Assembly (NCBI GenBank): GCA_045661305.1
Contig: JAZRFJ010000018.1
Span: forward strand, 1 to 60,114
Source: Clostridia bacterium
GTDB taxonomy: Bacteria; Bacillota; Clostridia; UMGS1840
Direction: 5' to 3'
DNA length: 60,114 bases
The position numbers and the translations under genes were made by a program. This document shows positions 39,921-51,428 of this stretch, piece by piece. Positions within the stretch are counted from its first letter, which is position 1; every line of letters starts with the position of its first letter. The notes beneath the pieces were generated by a model. The model was not told the origin of the DNA. It did no database searches and saw only the letters and a list, made by a program, of their open reading frames with translations.

Positions 39921-41360
39921 TTAAAACTTTTTGCGCATATATCTCTTTTTTCTTTCAAGATACTTATAAGGAGCGCGGATTATTGTATCAAACATACTGT
40001 ATCGGTTAAGCGGAATTGTAGCATTTACATAAGCAACCTCAAGTATATCAATGGAGCAAAGGTGAACAAAAAGTATAATTGTGCCGATAGTAAGTCCGTA
40101 TATCCCAAGAAAAGATGCCAGAAGAACGAAACATATTCTTAAAAGTGTTGTCGCCCCTGTCATCTGTGGAAGTATAACGCTTGTTATTCCCGCAATAGCT
40201 ATAACTATTATTGATGGTGTTGAAACAATGTTTGCACTTGCCGCCGTTTCGGATAAAATAAGACCTCCAACTATACTCATTGTTTGTCCTATTGCAGATG
40301 GTGTTCTTGTAGCAGCCTCACGGATTATTTCAAAAAAAACAAGGAATATAAGAACCTCTGCCGTAACCGAAAACGCAGCACCCGCCCTCTCAGAAGAAAG
40401 GCTTTGCAGTAAGCTTTCGGGCAATATAGTCTTTTGAAATTTTATTGCACAGATATAAAGTGCAGGCAGATATACTGAAATATAAAACGAAATATATCTT
40501 ACAAGCCTTGCAATACTTGCAAAGTAAAAATTAATTGTATAATCGTCATTTGACTGAAAATATTCGTTAAATAAAAAAGGAACGGTTATAGCCTGAGGAC
40601 TTCCGTCAGTCATTATGACTATTCTGCCCTCTAAAAGCTTGTTTGCAGCAATATCAGGTCTTTCTGTCGAGCCGCTTGTTTTAAAAGGTGTATAGGTTTT
40701 TCCTTTTATAAGCTCGGAAATCTGATTTGTGTCAAAAAGGGAATCGGTTTTTATCTCGGAAATTCTTTTTCGTACCTTATCTACCATTTCATTTTCGCAT
40801 ATTCCCTCGATATAACACATAAGAACGGTAGTTTTTGTGTTTTGTCCTATAATAAATCTTTCAATTTTAAAATCAGGGTTTTTTATTCTTCGCATAAGAA
40901 GAGCAGTATTTTGGAGTATAAGCTCTCCAAAAGAATCTCTTGGTCCTTTTAAGGATTTTTCGTTTTCCGATTCGGATACTGAACGGGTAAAGGGAAATCT
41001 TGCATTAACAAGCAGAATTTCGTCATATCCGTCTATTAAAAAAAGTGCATCACCTGAAAAAAGTGCATTTATGCACTGCTCGTAGTCGGAGGATTTTACT
41101 ACATCGTTTGAAAAAACTACAGATTCCATAATAAATGAAAGCTTGTTTTCACTGTCTTTTAATGTATCACTTGTTATAAAAGGTTTAACAACAAAATCAT
41201 TAAGAAGAGTTGCACCTGCAATTCCGTCTGCAAATATAACAGTAGCTCTGATTTCGGGTGCATATGAATTTCTTATATCACGAAAAACAATCATTCCGTT
41301 GTTTTTCAGTTTTTCTTTTAGCATACTGACATTTTTATCAAGATTTTTATCAAATTTCAT
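39921..41360 (-). CDS. Spore germination receptor A subunit (GerAA/GerKA)
   Basis: GPRDSFGE, TERPD...LLEGRI..DGSP and EIIREA..RTP..IG..IVGGLI. Confidence 0.93.
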   Translation of the reverse strand: MKFDKNLDKNVSMLKEKLKNNGMIVFRDIRNSYAPEIRATVIFADGIAGATLLNDFVVKPFITSDTLKDSENKLSFIMESVVFSNDVVKSSDYEQCINALFSGDALFLIDGYDEILLVNARFPFTRSVSESENEKSLKGPRDSFGELILQNTALLMRRIKNPDFKIERFIIGQNTKTTVLMCYIEGICENEMVDKVRKRISEIKTDSLFDTNQISELIKGKTYTPFKTSGSTERPDIAANKLLEGRIVIMTDGSPQAITVPFLFNEYFQSNDDYTINFYFASIARLVRYISFYISVYLPALYICAIKFQKTILPESLLQSLSSERAGAAFSVTAEVLIFLVFFEIIREAATRTPSAIGQTMSIVGGLILSETAASANIVSTPSIIVIAIAGITSVILPQMTGATTLLRICFVLLASFLGIYGLTIGTIILFVHLCSIDILEVAYVNATIPLNRYSMFDTIIRAPYKYLERKKRYMRKKF

Positions 41361-41394
41361 AACTTTTCATTCCCATAAATAAAATATCTGTTTT

Positions 41395-41423
41395 TATTAT
41401 GTACAAAAATGAATTTATTTTAC
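41395..41423 (-). promoter_or_regulatory. Possible forespore SigG/SigF-type promoter of the ger operon
   Basis: GTAAA-N17-CATAATA versus consensus GHATA-N17/18-CAWAHTA. Confidence 0.4.
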
Positions 41424-41538
41424 AAAAAATTTAATTTTTTTTATAAAAACACTTTAAATTATTGAAAATATGTGTTATAATATGTTATTATTGAATAAAT
41501 TAGGGGTGTATGCCCTTTTTTCGAAAGGATACAGAAAA

Positions 41539-42930
41539 ATGCTAAATGTAGAAGTCAAATCTTTATTTCGTAATTTAAGTGAATATGACGGAAAAACCGT
41601 CAAAGTAAGCGGTTGGATAAGAACTGTCCGTGATTCAAAAAGCTTTGGTTTTATTGAGCTTAATGACGGTACTTTCTTTAAAAATATGCAGATTGTTTTT
41701 GATGCAGATAAAATTTCAAATTATAAGGAAGTTGCTTCCCTTAATGTAGGTGCTTCGATTACCGCAACAGGAAAAATAATTGCAACTCCTGATTTGAAGC
41801 AGCCATTTGAAATGCAGGCAGAAGAAATTTTCATTGACGGTGTTTCAACTGCTGATTATCCATTACAGAAAAAAAGACATTCATTAGAATATCTTCGTAC
41901 AATTGCACATTTAAGACCTCGTACAAATACTTTCAGTGCAGTATTCAGAGTGCGTTCGCTTGTTGCATTTGCAATTCATCAGTTCTTTAATGAAAGAGGC
42001 TTTGTTTATGTGGATACTCCAATTATCACAGGAAGTGACTGTGAGGGTGCAGGAGAAATGTTTAGGGTTACAACTCTTGATTTGGATAACTTACCGATGG
42101 AAGACGGAAAAGCAGATTTTTCTAAAGACTTTTTCGGAAAAAGCACAAATCTTACAGTAAGCGGACAGCTTAATGTTGAAACATATTGTATGGCATTTAA
42201 GAAAGTATATACATTCGGACCTACTTTTCGTGCTGAAAATTCAAATACTGCCCGTCATGCCGCAGAATTCTGGATGATTGAGCCTGAGGTTGCGTTTGCA
42301 GACCTTAACGACAACATGGCACTTGCAGAGGATATGCTCAAATATATCATTAACTATGTACTTGAAAATGCTCCTGAAGAAATGGAATTTTTCAATAACT
42401 TTGTTGATAAAACACTCCTTGACAGACTTCATTCAATTGTAAATTCTGAGTTTGGAAGAGTAACATATACAGAGGCTGTTGAAATTTTGGAGAAGTGCGG
42501 AAAGAAATTTGATTATCCTGTAAAATGGGGTATTGACCTTCAGACAGAGCATGAAAGATATCTTACTGAAGAAGTATTCAAAAAGCCTATTTTTGTAACA
42601 GATTATCCAAAGGAAATAAAGGCCTTTTATATGCGTCTTAATGATGATGGAAAGACAGTTGCAGCTATGGACTGGTTAGTCCCCGGTGTAGGAGAAATTA
42701 TAGGCGGCTCACAAAGAGAAGAAAGACTTGATGTTCTTTTAGAAAGAATGAAAGAGCTTGGACTTTCCGAAGAAGATTATTCATTCTATCTTGATACACG
42801 CCGTTATGGTACAAATAAACACGCAGGATACGGTCTTGGATTTGAAAGAGCAATAATGTATCTCACAGGTATGTCAAATATCCGTGATGTTCTTCCGTTC
42901 CCAAGAACTGTCGGAAATGCTGAATACTAA
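41539..42930 (+). CDS. asnS: Asparagine--tRNA ligase
   Basis: [30 protein letters not shown] and GLGFER; start ATG 41539. Confidence 0.97.
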   Translation: MLNVEVKSLFRNLSEYDGKTVKVSGWIRTVRDSKSFGFIELNDGTFFKNMQIVFDADKISNYKEVASLNVGASITATGKIIATPDLKQPFEMQAEEIFIDGVSTADYPLQKKRHSLEYLRTIAHLRPRTNTFSAVFRVRSLVAFAIHQFFNERGFVYVDTPIITGSDCEGAGEMFRVTTLDLDNLPMEDGKADFSKDFFGKSTNLTVSGQLNVETYCMAFKKVYTFGPTFRAENSNTARHAAEFWMIEPEVAFADLNDNMALAEDMLKYIINYVLENAPEEMEFFNNFVDKTLLDRLHSIVNSEFGRVTYTEAVEILEKCGKKFDYPVKWGIDLQTEHERYLTEEVFKKPIFVTDYPKEIKAFYMRLNDDGKTVAAMDWLVPGVGEIIGGSQREERLDVLLERMKELGLSEEDYSFYLDTRRYGTNKHAGYGLGFERAIMYLTGMSNIRDVLPFPRTVGNAEY

Positions 42931-42948
42931 AAGGAGAGGTGCATAACT

Positions 42949-43680
42949 TTGGCAAAAATAATTCTTACTTTCGCAATAATCTATTGTATATATAAGCTTA
43001 TAAAATCAAGAGGCACAATTCTTTTTAATAAGGCAGCAAAGCTTATAAATAATGGGAATTATGATGATGGTCTTAAGCTTTTGGAAAAGGCTGTTGATGC
43101 AGGTATTCCTCCTATGCATAGAGTAAGGGCGGCATTTGCTGAACTTAAGTTCGGTGATGTTGATAAAGTGCCTGTAAAGCTTAATATGATACTTATGGAC
43201 CCATCTGTAAAGGCAGATATAAAAAATGAAGCAAGATGTGTCATGGCTGTCTATTACATAATAAAAAGACAGTTTCAGGACGCAGTTGAGCTTATGGAAA
43301 AAGTGCATGAAAATTTCAAATGCACAAGATTTTATCAGACATACGGATATCTTGCACTTCTTACAGGTGATGATGAGTTTATAAAAAGAGCAAATGAAGA
43401 AGCTTATGAATATAACAAAGATGACGCTGTTATATGCGATAACTACGGACTTTATTTAATTCGTGAAAAGAGATTTGATGAGGCAGAGGAGCTTTATAAG
43501 AACACAGTGGAAAAGGAACGCAATTTTCCTGAAATTTATTATAACTATGCTACTGTTCTTATCGAAAAAGGAGATGCGATTACCGCTAAGGGAATGCTTG
43601 AAAAAGCACTCGAAAAGCCGTTTTTTAATAATACAACTGTGAAAAAGCAAGCAGTTGAAGGTTTACTTTCAACACTTTAA
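42949..43680 (+). CDS. Membrane-anchored TPR-repeat protein
   Basis: N-terminal hydrophobic segment; TPR-like helices (DNYG, YYNYA...G....A...LEKAL); AAGGAG RBS before TTG. Confidence 0.7.
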   Translation: MAKIILTFAIIYCIYKLIKSRGTILFNKAAKLINNGNYDDGLKLLEKAVDAGIPPMHRVRAAFAELKFGDVDKVPVKLNMILMDPSVKADIKNEARCVMAVYYIIKRQFQDAVELMEKVHENFKCTRFYQTYGYLALLTGDDEFIKRANEEAYEYNKDDAVICDNYGLYLIREKRFDEAEELYKNTVEKERNFPEIYYNYATVLIEKGDAITAKGMLEKALEKPFFNNTTVKKQAVEGLLSTL

Positions 43681-43700
43681 AAAATGAAAGGACTATATGA

Positions 43701-45485
43701 ATGGGAAAAAATAAAATCCTCATTATTGTTGTTGCTGTTTTAATAGTGTTCTTAGGTGCTGCCGCTGTTTTTGCAGCCCCTGTATACGATGCTTATTTCT
43801 CACAAAATAGTGTTAAAAACATTACTTTTATGGGGAATATGGCAGGCTCTATGGAAAAGGAGCAGATTGAAAGTCTTGTTTCTGAGATTTCCGAAAATGA
43901 ACATAACATTGTTATTTCGGTTAATGATGAAAAAATAACTGTTAACGCATCTGATACAGGAATAAAGGTAGACATTGATAAAACAGTTGAAAAAATAATG
44001 AATGTTGGGAAAAATAATCTTTTTGAAACAATAGAGCTTCGCAAAGGTAAAGAAATTACCCCTGTGTTTGCAACTGATAAAAAGATGCTTAAAGATATAG
44101 TGGAATCACAGCTTTCCGAAAGAGGCATTAATTTTTCAAGCTATGTTGTTGATATAAAAGAAAAAACGGCGGATTTTACCATTCTTACAGAAAATAATCC
44201 TATAAATTACGATAAACTTGCAGAAGAAATTATAAAATCATATCAGGAAAACAAAAAAGATTTTGAAATTAAAGCAGAATTTCTCGATTTTGTATGGCCG
44301 ACTGCCGAAGAATTAAGAGATGATTTTGATATAGAAATGAAAAATGCTTCAAAGGTTTCTGAAAATGGAGAAGTGAAATATCAGTCCCATGTTGTCGGAA
44401 GAAAAATTGACTTTGAAGCACTTCAAAATGCATTAAAAGAGAAAAAGACACAGTTCAGTGTTCCATACACAAAAGAAAATCCAAAAGTTTATACAGAGGA
44501 CTTAGGTGATGAGGGTTTCCCGAATCTTCTTGGTAAATATACAACATATTATTCTGAGGGACAGTGGGGACGGTCTATAAATGTAGGACTTGCTGCATCA
44601 AAAATAAATGGTTATATTATGAACTCAGGAGATACTTTTTCTTTTAACGGTGTTGTTGGAAAAAGGTCATATGCAAATGGCTTTAAGGATGCAAGTGTTT
44701 ATAGTGCAAACGGAGTTGAAAATGGTGTAGGCGGAGGTATTTGTCAGGTTTCGTCTACTCTTTATGCTGCTGCACTTTACTCAGATTTGAAAATAGTTTC
44801 GAGAAGAAATCACAGCTATGTTGTTAATTACATGCCTGCTGGGTTAGATGCGACAGTTTCATATGGAACTATTGATTTTCTTTTTAAAAACAATAAGAAA
44901 AATCCTATAAAGATAAAGGCTGCTGCATCGGGCGGTGTTTTAACAGTACGAATTTACGGTACAAAAGAAAATGATAATACTGTAGTTCTTGATGCAAGAA
45001 CTATCAGTAATACGCCAAGAGGAGAGAAAAGAATTTTTGATAAAAGCTTGCCGCTTGGGACAGAAAAGGTTGACCATAGCGGTTATGACGGTAAAAAGGC
45101 ACAGGTTTATAAATATATAAAAGCACCTGACGGAACGACAATTAAGAGCGAAAATCTTGGAATTTCGACATATATTCCGCTTAATAAGATAATAAAATAT
45201 AATAACGGTATTGACCCGAATGAAGAAAAAGTACAGGAGGATGTTCCAAAGAGTCCTCAACTTCCGCAAAATGATAGCGAAAGTGAAAACATGGTTTTGG
45301 AAGAAGAACAGCCACCTGTAGATAAACAACCTGAACTTACGGTTCCTGATATAACAGATACACCCGATGTACCTGTTATAGAGGAAAGTGAACCTTTACC
45401 CAAGGACAGCGAAGAAGGACAGGCTTTTGAAGAAGCGCAGCAAGGTGCAGAAACTTCAGAAGAGTCTTTTGAAGCTTTGCAATAA
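43701..45485 (+). CDS. VanW family protein with G5-like domain and acidic tail
   Basis: FSFNGVVG, GGGICQVSSTLY and GLDATVS; N-terminal TM. Confidence 0.88.
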   Translation: MGKNKILIIVVAVLIVFLGAAAVFAAPVYDAYFSQNSVKNITFMGNMAGSMEKEQIESLVSEISENEHNIVISVNDEKITVNASDTGIKVDIDKTVEKIMNVGKNNLFETIELRKGKEITPVFATDKKMLKDIVESQLSERGINFSSYVVDIKEKTADFTILTENNPINYDKLAEEIIKSYQENKKDFEIKAEFLDFVWPTAEELRDDFDIEMKNASKVSENGEVKYQSHVVGRKIDFEALQNALKEKKTQFSVPYTKENPKVYTEDLGDEGFPNLLGKYTTYYSEGQWGRSINVGLAASKINGYIMNSGDTFSFNGVVGKRSYANGFKDASVYSANGVENGVGGGICQVSSTLYAAALYSDLKIVSRRNHSYVVNYMPAGLDATVSYGTIDFLFKNNKKNPIKIKAAASGGVLTVRIYGTKENDNTVVLDARTISNTPRGEKRIFDKSLPLGTEKVDHSGYDGKKAQVYKYIKAPDGTTIKSENLGISTYIPLNKIIKYNNGIDPNEEKVQEDVPKSPQLPQNDSESENMVLEEEQPPVDKQPELTVPDITDTPDVPVIEESEPLPKDSEEGQAFEEAQQGAETSEESFEALQ

Positions 45486-45505
45486 AAAGAAATGAGGAAA
45501 ACTTT

Positions 45506-46807
45506 ATGAAACTTACATTCAGGGGTGGTATTCATCCTGATACAAATAAAGAGCTTACAAGCAGAAAAAAAACAGTAGCTATGGACGCACCCGACATTCT
45601 GGTGTTTCCTTTATCACAGCATATCGGTGCACCTTGTGAAAGCCTTGTTAAAGCAGGTGACACTGTTACGGTAGGACAAAAAATCGCTGATTCTTCAGCA
45701 TTTGTTTCTTCTCCTATTCACTCATCTGTTTCAGGTGTTGTAAAAGCTGTTGAAAAAAGACCTCACGCAACTATGAGTGAGTGTATGGCTATTGTTATAG
45801 AAAATGATAAAAATTATACAGTTTCGGAGGATATAAAACCGATTGATTATACTGTAATGTCTCAAAAAGAAATAATTGATGAGATAAGAAACGGCGGAAT
45901 TGTAGGTATGGGGGGAGCAACCTTTCCTACACATGTAAAGCTTAGTATTCCGGAAGGAAAAACTGCAGATACATTTTTAGTGAATGCAGCCGAGTGTGAG
46001 CCTTATCTTACATCTGACCACAGACTTATGCTTGAAAAGCCTGAGGATATTATCGAGGGAATTAAAATTGTCATGAAGGCAACAGGCATAAAAAAATCTA
46101 TTATAGCAATGGAAGATAATAAACAGGATGCATTTGAAGTTTTAGATAAATTATGTAAAAATGAGGATGGTATAGAAGTTGTTAAGGTAAAAACAAAGTA
46201 TCCTCAAGGAAGTGAAAAGCAGCTTATAGATGCTGTTTTGAAAAGACAGGTTAAGTCAGCTACATTACCTATCGACAGCGGAGTTATTGTTCAGAATGTT
46301 GCATCAGTTGCGGAAATTTGCAATCATTTCAAAACGGGTATGCCTCTTATCGAAAGAATTGTTACTGTAAGCGGCAGAGGTATTGAAAATCCTATGAATG
46401 TCGTTGTTAAATTGGGTACTTCGTACCACGATGTATGTGAATTTGCAGGCGGAATGAAAGAAAATGTTTCAAAGGTTATTTCAGGCGGTCCGATGATGGG
46501 CTTTTCACAGTATACACTTCAGGTTCCTGTTACAAAAGGTACTTCAGGAATACTTTTCTTTACAGAAGCTGAAGATAAAGAATACAGTGAACAAGCATGT
46601 ATAAAATGTGGAAAATGTGTAAGCCATTGTCCTATGAATTTAATGCCTTTTATGATTACAGAAATGGCTCGTATAGGGGAAATGAATGAGGCTGTAAGAT
46701 ATGGGCTTAAAGATTGTATGGAATGTGGCAGCTGCAGCTTTATTTGTCCGCAGAGAAGACATCTGGTTCAGCATATTCGTGTTGCAAAGGCAAAGCTTCC
46801 AAGATAG
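45506..46807 (+). CDS. rnfC: Rnf electron transport complex subunit C
   Basis: GMGGATFPTHVK, NAAECEPYLT, YPQGSEKQL and two 4Fe-4S motifs. Confidence 0.96.
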   Translation: MKLTFRGGIHPDTNKELTSRKKTVAMDAPDILVFPLSQHIGAPCESLVKAGDTVTVGQKIADSSAFVSSPIHSSVSGVVKAVEKRPHATMSECMAIVIENDKNYTVSEDIKPIDYTVMSQKEIIDEIRNGGIVGMGGATFPTHVKLSIPEGKTADTFLVNAAECEPYLTSDHRLMLEKPEDIIEGIKIVMKATGIKKSIIAMEDNKQDAFEVLDKLCKNEDGIEVVKVKTKYPQGSEKQLIDAVLKRQVKSATLPIDSGVIVQNVASVAEICNHFKTGMPLIERIVTVSGRGIENPMNVVVKLGTSYHDVCEFAGGMKENVSKVISGGPMMGFSQYTLQVPVTKGTSGILFFTEAEDKEYSEQACIKCGKCVSHCPMNLMPFMITEMARIGEMNEAVRYGLKDCMECGSCSFICPQRRHLVQHIRVAKAKLPR

Positions 46808-46832
46808 CAGTTTTTAGAAAGGAAATATAGAA

Positions 46833-47807
46833 ATGAACGAAAAATATACTGTGACCTCCTCGCCTCATGTAAGAAGTGAGGTTGGCACTTCAAAAATCAT
46901 GCGTGATGTTATAATAGCACTTATCCCGACAATTATAGCAGGCACATACATATTTGGAATAAGAGCACTTCTTATAATACTTATTTCTGTTATAAGTGCA
47001 GTTTTTAGTGAACATATCTGGTGCTTGATTACTAAAAAGAAAACTACTGTAATGGACGGAAGTGCCGCTGTTACAGGAGTTCTCTTAGCACTTACACTTC
47101 CTGTCGGAGTACCGCTTTTTATTCCTGCTTTGGGAAGTATTTTTGCAATTATAATAGCAAAAGCACTTTTTGGCGGATTGGGGCATAACTTTATGAACCC
47201 CGCACTTGTGGGAAGAGCATTTTTGGTTGCTTCTTTTTCACAGGCAATGACAACCTGGAATAAACCGTTTTATTATAAGGGTGTTGAAGCTGTAACAGGT
47301 GCAACTCCGCTTAATATCTTAAAATCAGGCGGTGAGTTAACCGCAACATATAAAGACCTGTTTTTAGGTAATACAGGCGGTTGTATTGGTGAAGTTTGTG
47401 CATTTGCACTTATAATAGGCTTTATATATCTGCTTATAAAAAAGGTAATAAGACCTTTTGCAACATTATCTTACATATTAGGTGTTGGCGTATTTGGTGT
47501 TATTTTTGGATATAACGGATATTTCACAGGTGATTTTCTTGTAAGCATATTAACAGGCGGAGTTATGTTAGGTGCAATTTTTATGCTTACAGACTATGTT
47601 ACGTCGCCTACAACTGACAGAGGAAATATTATCTACGGTCTTCTTGCAGCACTTATTACGACTTTTATAAGATTAAAAGGCGGTTATCCCGAGGGTGTGT
47701 GCTATTCCATTCTTCTTGTAAATATTCTTGCACCGCAGATTGATAAGCTGTTTATCCCTAAAAAATACGGCTTTGTTAAAGCGAAAAAAGGAGGCACAGC
47801 AAAATGA
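46833..47807 (+). CDS. rnfD: Rnf subunit D
   Basis: FGGLGHNFMNPAL, TGATPL (FMN site) and TDYVTSP. Confidence 0.95.
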   Translation: MNEKYTVTSSPHVRSEVGTSKIMRDVIIALIPTIIAGTYIFGIRALLIILISVISAVFSEHIWCLITKKKTTVMDGSAAVTGVLLALTLPVGVPLFIPALGSIFAIIIAKALFGGLGHNFMNPALVGRAFLVASFSQAMTTWNKPFYYKGVEAVTGATPLNILKSGGELTATYKDLFLGNTGGCIGEVCAFALIIGFIYLLIKKVIRPFATLSYILGVGVFGVIFGYNGYFTGDFLVSILTGGVMLGAIFMLTDYVTSPTTDRGNIIYGLLAALITTFIRLKGGYPEGVCYSILLVNILAPQIDKLFIPKKYGFVKAKKGGTAK

Positions 47808-48328
47808 AATTAGATAATAACAGTACATTGGTGCTTTCCTTAAAGCTTTTTGTGATATGTCTTTTTGTTGCGTTGGGACTGTCTTCTCTTAACTATATTA
47901 CAAAGGATACTATTGCAGAACAAGTTAGAAAACAAAAAGATGATGCAATGGCAAGAATTATTACAAACAGCACGGAATTTAATGCTTTGAATAATGAAGA
48001 AACTGTTTATGAGGCTTTAAATAATGGTGAAACTGTTGGTTATTGCGTTAATGTTGTATCCCCAAAAGGTTATGGCGGAAATATTGAAATGATGATAGGC
48101 TTTGACAGTGAATTTAAGGTGCTTGGAATAGAATATATTTCTATGGCAGAAACTCCCGGACTTGGTATGAATGCAAAGACAGACAGCACCTTTAACGGAC
48201 AGTTTGTTGGAAAACAAGCTTTCCCTGACGACGAGCTTCATGCAATGACCGGTGCTACAATTACTTCAAAAGCAGTTAATTACGGCGTTAATCTTGCGTC
48301 AGATATGATAAAGGAGGCGCTTAAATAG
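47804..48328 (+). CDS. rnfG: Rnf subunit G
   Basis: GYGG, ETPGLG and TGATITS. Confidence 0.93.
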   Translation: MKLDNNSTLVLSLKLFVICLFVALGLSSLNYITKDTIAEQVRKQKDDAMARIITNSTEFNALNNEETVYEALNNGETVGYCVNVVSPKGYGGNIEMMIGFDSEFKVLGIEYISMAETPGLGMNAKTDSTFNGQFVGKQAFPDDELHAMTGATITSKAVNYGVNLASDMIKEALK

Positions 48329-48329
48329 T

Positions 48330-48926
48330 ATGAAGAATTTTTTAAGAAAAATTATAGAAGAAAATCCGGTTTTGGTACTTGTTTTAGGAACTTGTCCGAC
48401 ACTTGGAACGTCTACATCTGTTGTAAACGGTCTTGGAATGGGACTAAGTGCTACAGCAGTTTTAATATGCTCAAACATTCTTATCTCACTTCTTCGTAAA
48501 TTTATACCTGAAAAAATAAGAATTGCTGCATATATCGTTATTATTGCAGGCTTTACAACAGCAGTTGAAATGATTTTAAAAGCATATTTTCCATCAATTT
48601 CAAGTGCTTTGGGGGTATTTATCCCACTGATTGTTGTAAACTGCATACTTTTGGCAAGAGCAGAAAGCTTTGCTTCAAAAAATAAACCTCTTGCATCAGC
48701 AATAGACGGTCTTTCTATGGGACTGGGTTTTACTTTTGCATTAGCACTTATTGCATCGGTAAGAGAAATACTCGGTTCAGGAACTTTTTTGGGTTTTTCT
48801 ATACCTGTTATTTCAAATAATCCTATGACTATGTTTATAATGGCACCCGGCGGTTTTATTGCTTACGGTCTTGTTATGGCTGTTGTTAATTTGATAAGAA
48901 CAAAAGGAGGACAAAAGAATGGCTAA
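48330..48926 (+). CDS. rnfE: Rnf subunit E
   Basis: ENPVLVLVLGTCP and FIPLIVVNC. Confidence 0.94.
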   Translation: MKNFLRKIIEENPVLVLVLGTCPTLGTSTSVVNGLGMGLSATAVLICSNILISLLRKFIPEKIRIAAYIVIIAGFTTAVEMILKAYFPSISSALGVFIPLIVVNCILLARAESFASKNKPLASAIDGLSMGLGFTFALALIASVREILGSGTFLGFSIPVISNNPMTMFIMAPGGFIAYGLVMAVVNLIRTKGGQKNG

Positions 48927-49494
48927 AATATTTGCAATGATAGTTATGACAATTCTGGTTGATAACTATGTACTTGTTAAATTCTACGGAATTTGTCCTT
49001 TTCTTGGTGTTTCTAAAAAGACAAATACAGCTCTTTCAATGGGAATGGCAGTAACATTTGTTATGGGTATTGCAAGTGCGATTACATATTTTATTCAGCT
49101 TATTCTGGTTAAGTATAATATTGAATATTTACAGACTATTGCGTTTATTTTAGTAATTGCATGTCTTGTTCAGCTTGTTGAGATGGCAATTATGAAATTA
49201 AGTCCACCGCTTTATTCTGCACTTGGAATATATTTACCGCTCATCACAACAAACTGTGCAGTTTTGGCTGTAACTATTTTGAATGTTCAACAGAGTTATA
49301 ATTTTTTGGAAAGTGTTGTTAACGGAGTTGCTGCAGCTTTAGGCTTTACACTTGCAATATGGCTTTTTGCCGGAGTAAGAGAAAGACTTGAAACTTCCGA
49401 TATTCCTGAATTTATGAAAGGAACACCTATTGCACTTATAAGTGCAGGGCTTGTTTCTATGGCATTTTTGGGATTTTCGGGATTAGCGTTATAG
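48919..49494 (+). CDS. rnfA: Rnf subunit A
   Basis: GICPFLGVSKK and YLPLITTNCAVL. Confidence 0.95.
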   Translation: MAKIFAMIVMTILVDNYVLVKFYGICPFLGVSKKTNTALSMGMAVTFVMGIASAITYFIQLILVKYNIEYLQTIAFILVIACLVQLVEMAIMKLSPPLYSALGIYLPLITTNCAVLAVTILNVQQSYNFLESVVNGVAAALGFTLAIWLFAGVRERLETSDIPEFMKGTPIALISAGLVSMAFLGFSGLAL

Positions 49495-49506
49495 GAGGCA
49501 GAATAC

Positions 49507-50304
49507 ATGGAAAATATATTAAGTGCAACAATTATAATAAGTGTCCTTGGACTTTTGTTTGGTTGTCTTCTTGGTGTAGCATCAAAAATATTCAAGGTTG
49601 AAAGAGACGAACGCTTTGATAAAATAATGAATGTTCTTCCCGGTGCTAATTGCGGTGGTTGCGGTTTTGCCGGCTGTTCACAGTTTGCTGATTCTGTTAT
49701 AAATGGTGAAGCTGAAACCACAGGCTGTACTGTCGGCGGTGCATCAACAGCCACTTTGGTTGCACAGATTATGGGTACGGAAGCAGGCGAATTTAAAAAG
49801 AAGACAGCTTATGTAAAGTGTGCAGGTTGCAGTAATGTCGCAAGCGAAAAATACAGCTATAATGGCATTTGTGATTGCTTTGCTTCATCAAAAATTTTAA
49901 ACGGGAAAAAAGCTTGTGAATTTGGTTGTCTTGGGCTTGGGAGCTGTGTTAAGGTTTGTACAAGAGATGCTATAACAATCGAAAACGGAGTTGCGAAAGT
50001 AGACCCTGAAAAATGTGGTGGCTGTGGAGCGTGTATAAAGGCATGTCCTAAAGGACTTATTGACTATGTTACAGAAGATAATAAATACATTGTTAACTGT
50101 ATGAATAAAGAAAAGGGGGCAACGCTTAAAAACAAATGCAGTGTAGGTTGTATCGGCTGTGGAATATGTATGAAAAACTGTCCGTCTGAAGCTATAACTG
50201 TAAAAAACTTTTTAGCCGAAATTGACCCCGAAAAATGCACAGGATGTGGAATTTGTGCAGAAAAATGTCCTAAGAAGATTATAAGTTTAGTAAAAGAGGT
50301 ATAA
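49507..50304 (+). CDS. rnfB: Rnf subunit B
   Basis: LPGANCGGCGFAGC plus several ferredoxin motifs. Confidence 0.95.
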   Translation: MENILSATIIISVLGLLFGCLLGVASKIFKVERDERFDKIMNVLPGANCGGCGFAGCSQFADSVINGEAETTGCTVGGASTATLVAQIMGTEAGEFKKKTAYVKCAGCSNVASEKYSYNGICDCFASSKILNGKKACEFGCLGLGSCVKVCTRDAITIENGVAKVDPEKCGGCGACIKACPKGLIDYVTEDNKYIVNCMNKEKGATLKNKCSVGCIGCGICMKNCPSEAITVKNFLAEIDPEKCTGCGICAEKCPKKIISLVKEV

Positions 50305-50313
50305 CTTTTTCGT

Positions 50314-51390
50314 ATGGAAAACATCGAAATTAAAATCGAAGAGAAAAAAAAAGAAAAAAAGGGAAAAAAGAAAAATATCAAGGACCTTACTTTTCTGGAA
50401 TTAAATGATTATTTTTGTAAAAAATATAATCAGAAATTCAGAGCAAAGCAGGTTTTTAAGTGGCTTTCTCTCGGAGTAACTTCTTTTTCCGAGATGACCG
50501 ATATTTCCAAAAAAATGGCTTTGGAGCTTGAGGAAGATTTTTATATATCACAGCTTAAGGTGTTAAAAAGAGCAAAATCCAAAGATGGGACAGTTAAATT
50601 TTTATATGAGCTTGATGATGGTAATACTTTAGAAACCGTTTTGATGTCATATAAACACGGAATGAGTATATGTATTTCCACACAGGTAGGCTGTAATATG
50701 GGATGCAGATTTTGTGCTTCAACTGTGGGAGGAAAGGTGCGTGACCTTTCTTCAGGAGAAATTCTTGACCAGGTAATTTTCACTGCAAAAAATGAAAATG
50801 TCCGTATCTCAAATATTGTTCTTATGGGAATAGGGGAGCCTCTTGACAATTATGATGAAGTATTGAAATTTTTAAAAAATGTTAATGATGAAAACGGGCT
50901 TAATATAGGTTATCGGCATATATCTCTTTCAACTTGCGGAATTATTGATAAAATTGATAAGCTTAAAAATGAAAAAATCCCGCTTACACTTTCTGTATCG
51001 CTTCATGCACCGAATGATGAGATAAGAAGGTCTGTTATGCCTATTGCAAGAAAATACCCCTATGATGAGCTTATAGCGTGCGTTAAAAGGTATATTAAAA
51101 CAACTACACGAAGAGTATCTTTTGAATATACACTCATAGATGGTGTTAACGACACACCTGCGTGTGCGGCTGAACTCGGTGCAAAATTAAAGGGAATGCT
51201 TTGCCATGTCAATCTTATCCCTGTTAATCCCGCACGAAAAAAAATGGCACCTTCAGATTTAAGAAAAATAAAAGCTTTTGTTGATATTCTTACAAAAAAT
51301 GGAATAAATGCGACTGTGAGGAGAACTCTCGGTCAGGATATAGATGCAGCCTGCGGACAGTTAAGACAAAAAAATCAGCAGGAAAAATAA
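50314..51390 (+). CDS. rlmN: 23S rRNA m2A2503/tRNA methyltransferase RlmN
   Basis: CNMGCRFC, MGIGEPL and DIDAACGQL. Confidence 0.96.
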   Translation: MENIEIKIEEKKKEKKGKKKNIKDLTFLELNDYFCKKYNQKFRAKQVFKWLSLGVTSFSEMTDISKKMALELEEDFYISQLKVLKRAKSKDGTVKFLYELDDGNTLETVLMSYKHGMSICISTQVGCNMGCRFCASTVGGKVRDLSSGEILDQVIFTAKNENVRISNIVLMGIGEPLDNYDEVLKFLKNVNDENGLNIGYRHISLSTCGIIDKIDKLKNEKIPLTLSVSLHAPNDEIRRSVMPIARKYPYDELIACVKRYIKTTTRRVSFEYTLIDGVNDTPACAAELGAKLKGMLCHVNLIPVNPARKKMAPSDLRKIKAFVDILTKNGINATVRRTLGQDIDAACGQLRQKNQQEK

Positions 51391-51428
51391 TAAAATTTGA
51401 CACTCTTTTTAAGATTGAGGTGATGAAG

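Noticed and set aside
41470-41538. T-box or attenuator upstream of asnS
   Set aside because: Leader too short, no T-box sequence; the small hairpin near 41492-41510 is weak
43701-45485. Vancomycin resistance locus
   Set aside because: A lone VanW-domain protein is common in Clostridia; no van ligase, vanH/X or vanRS nearby
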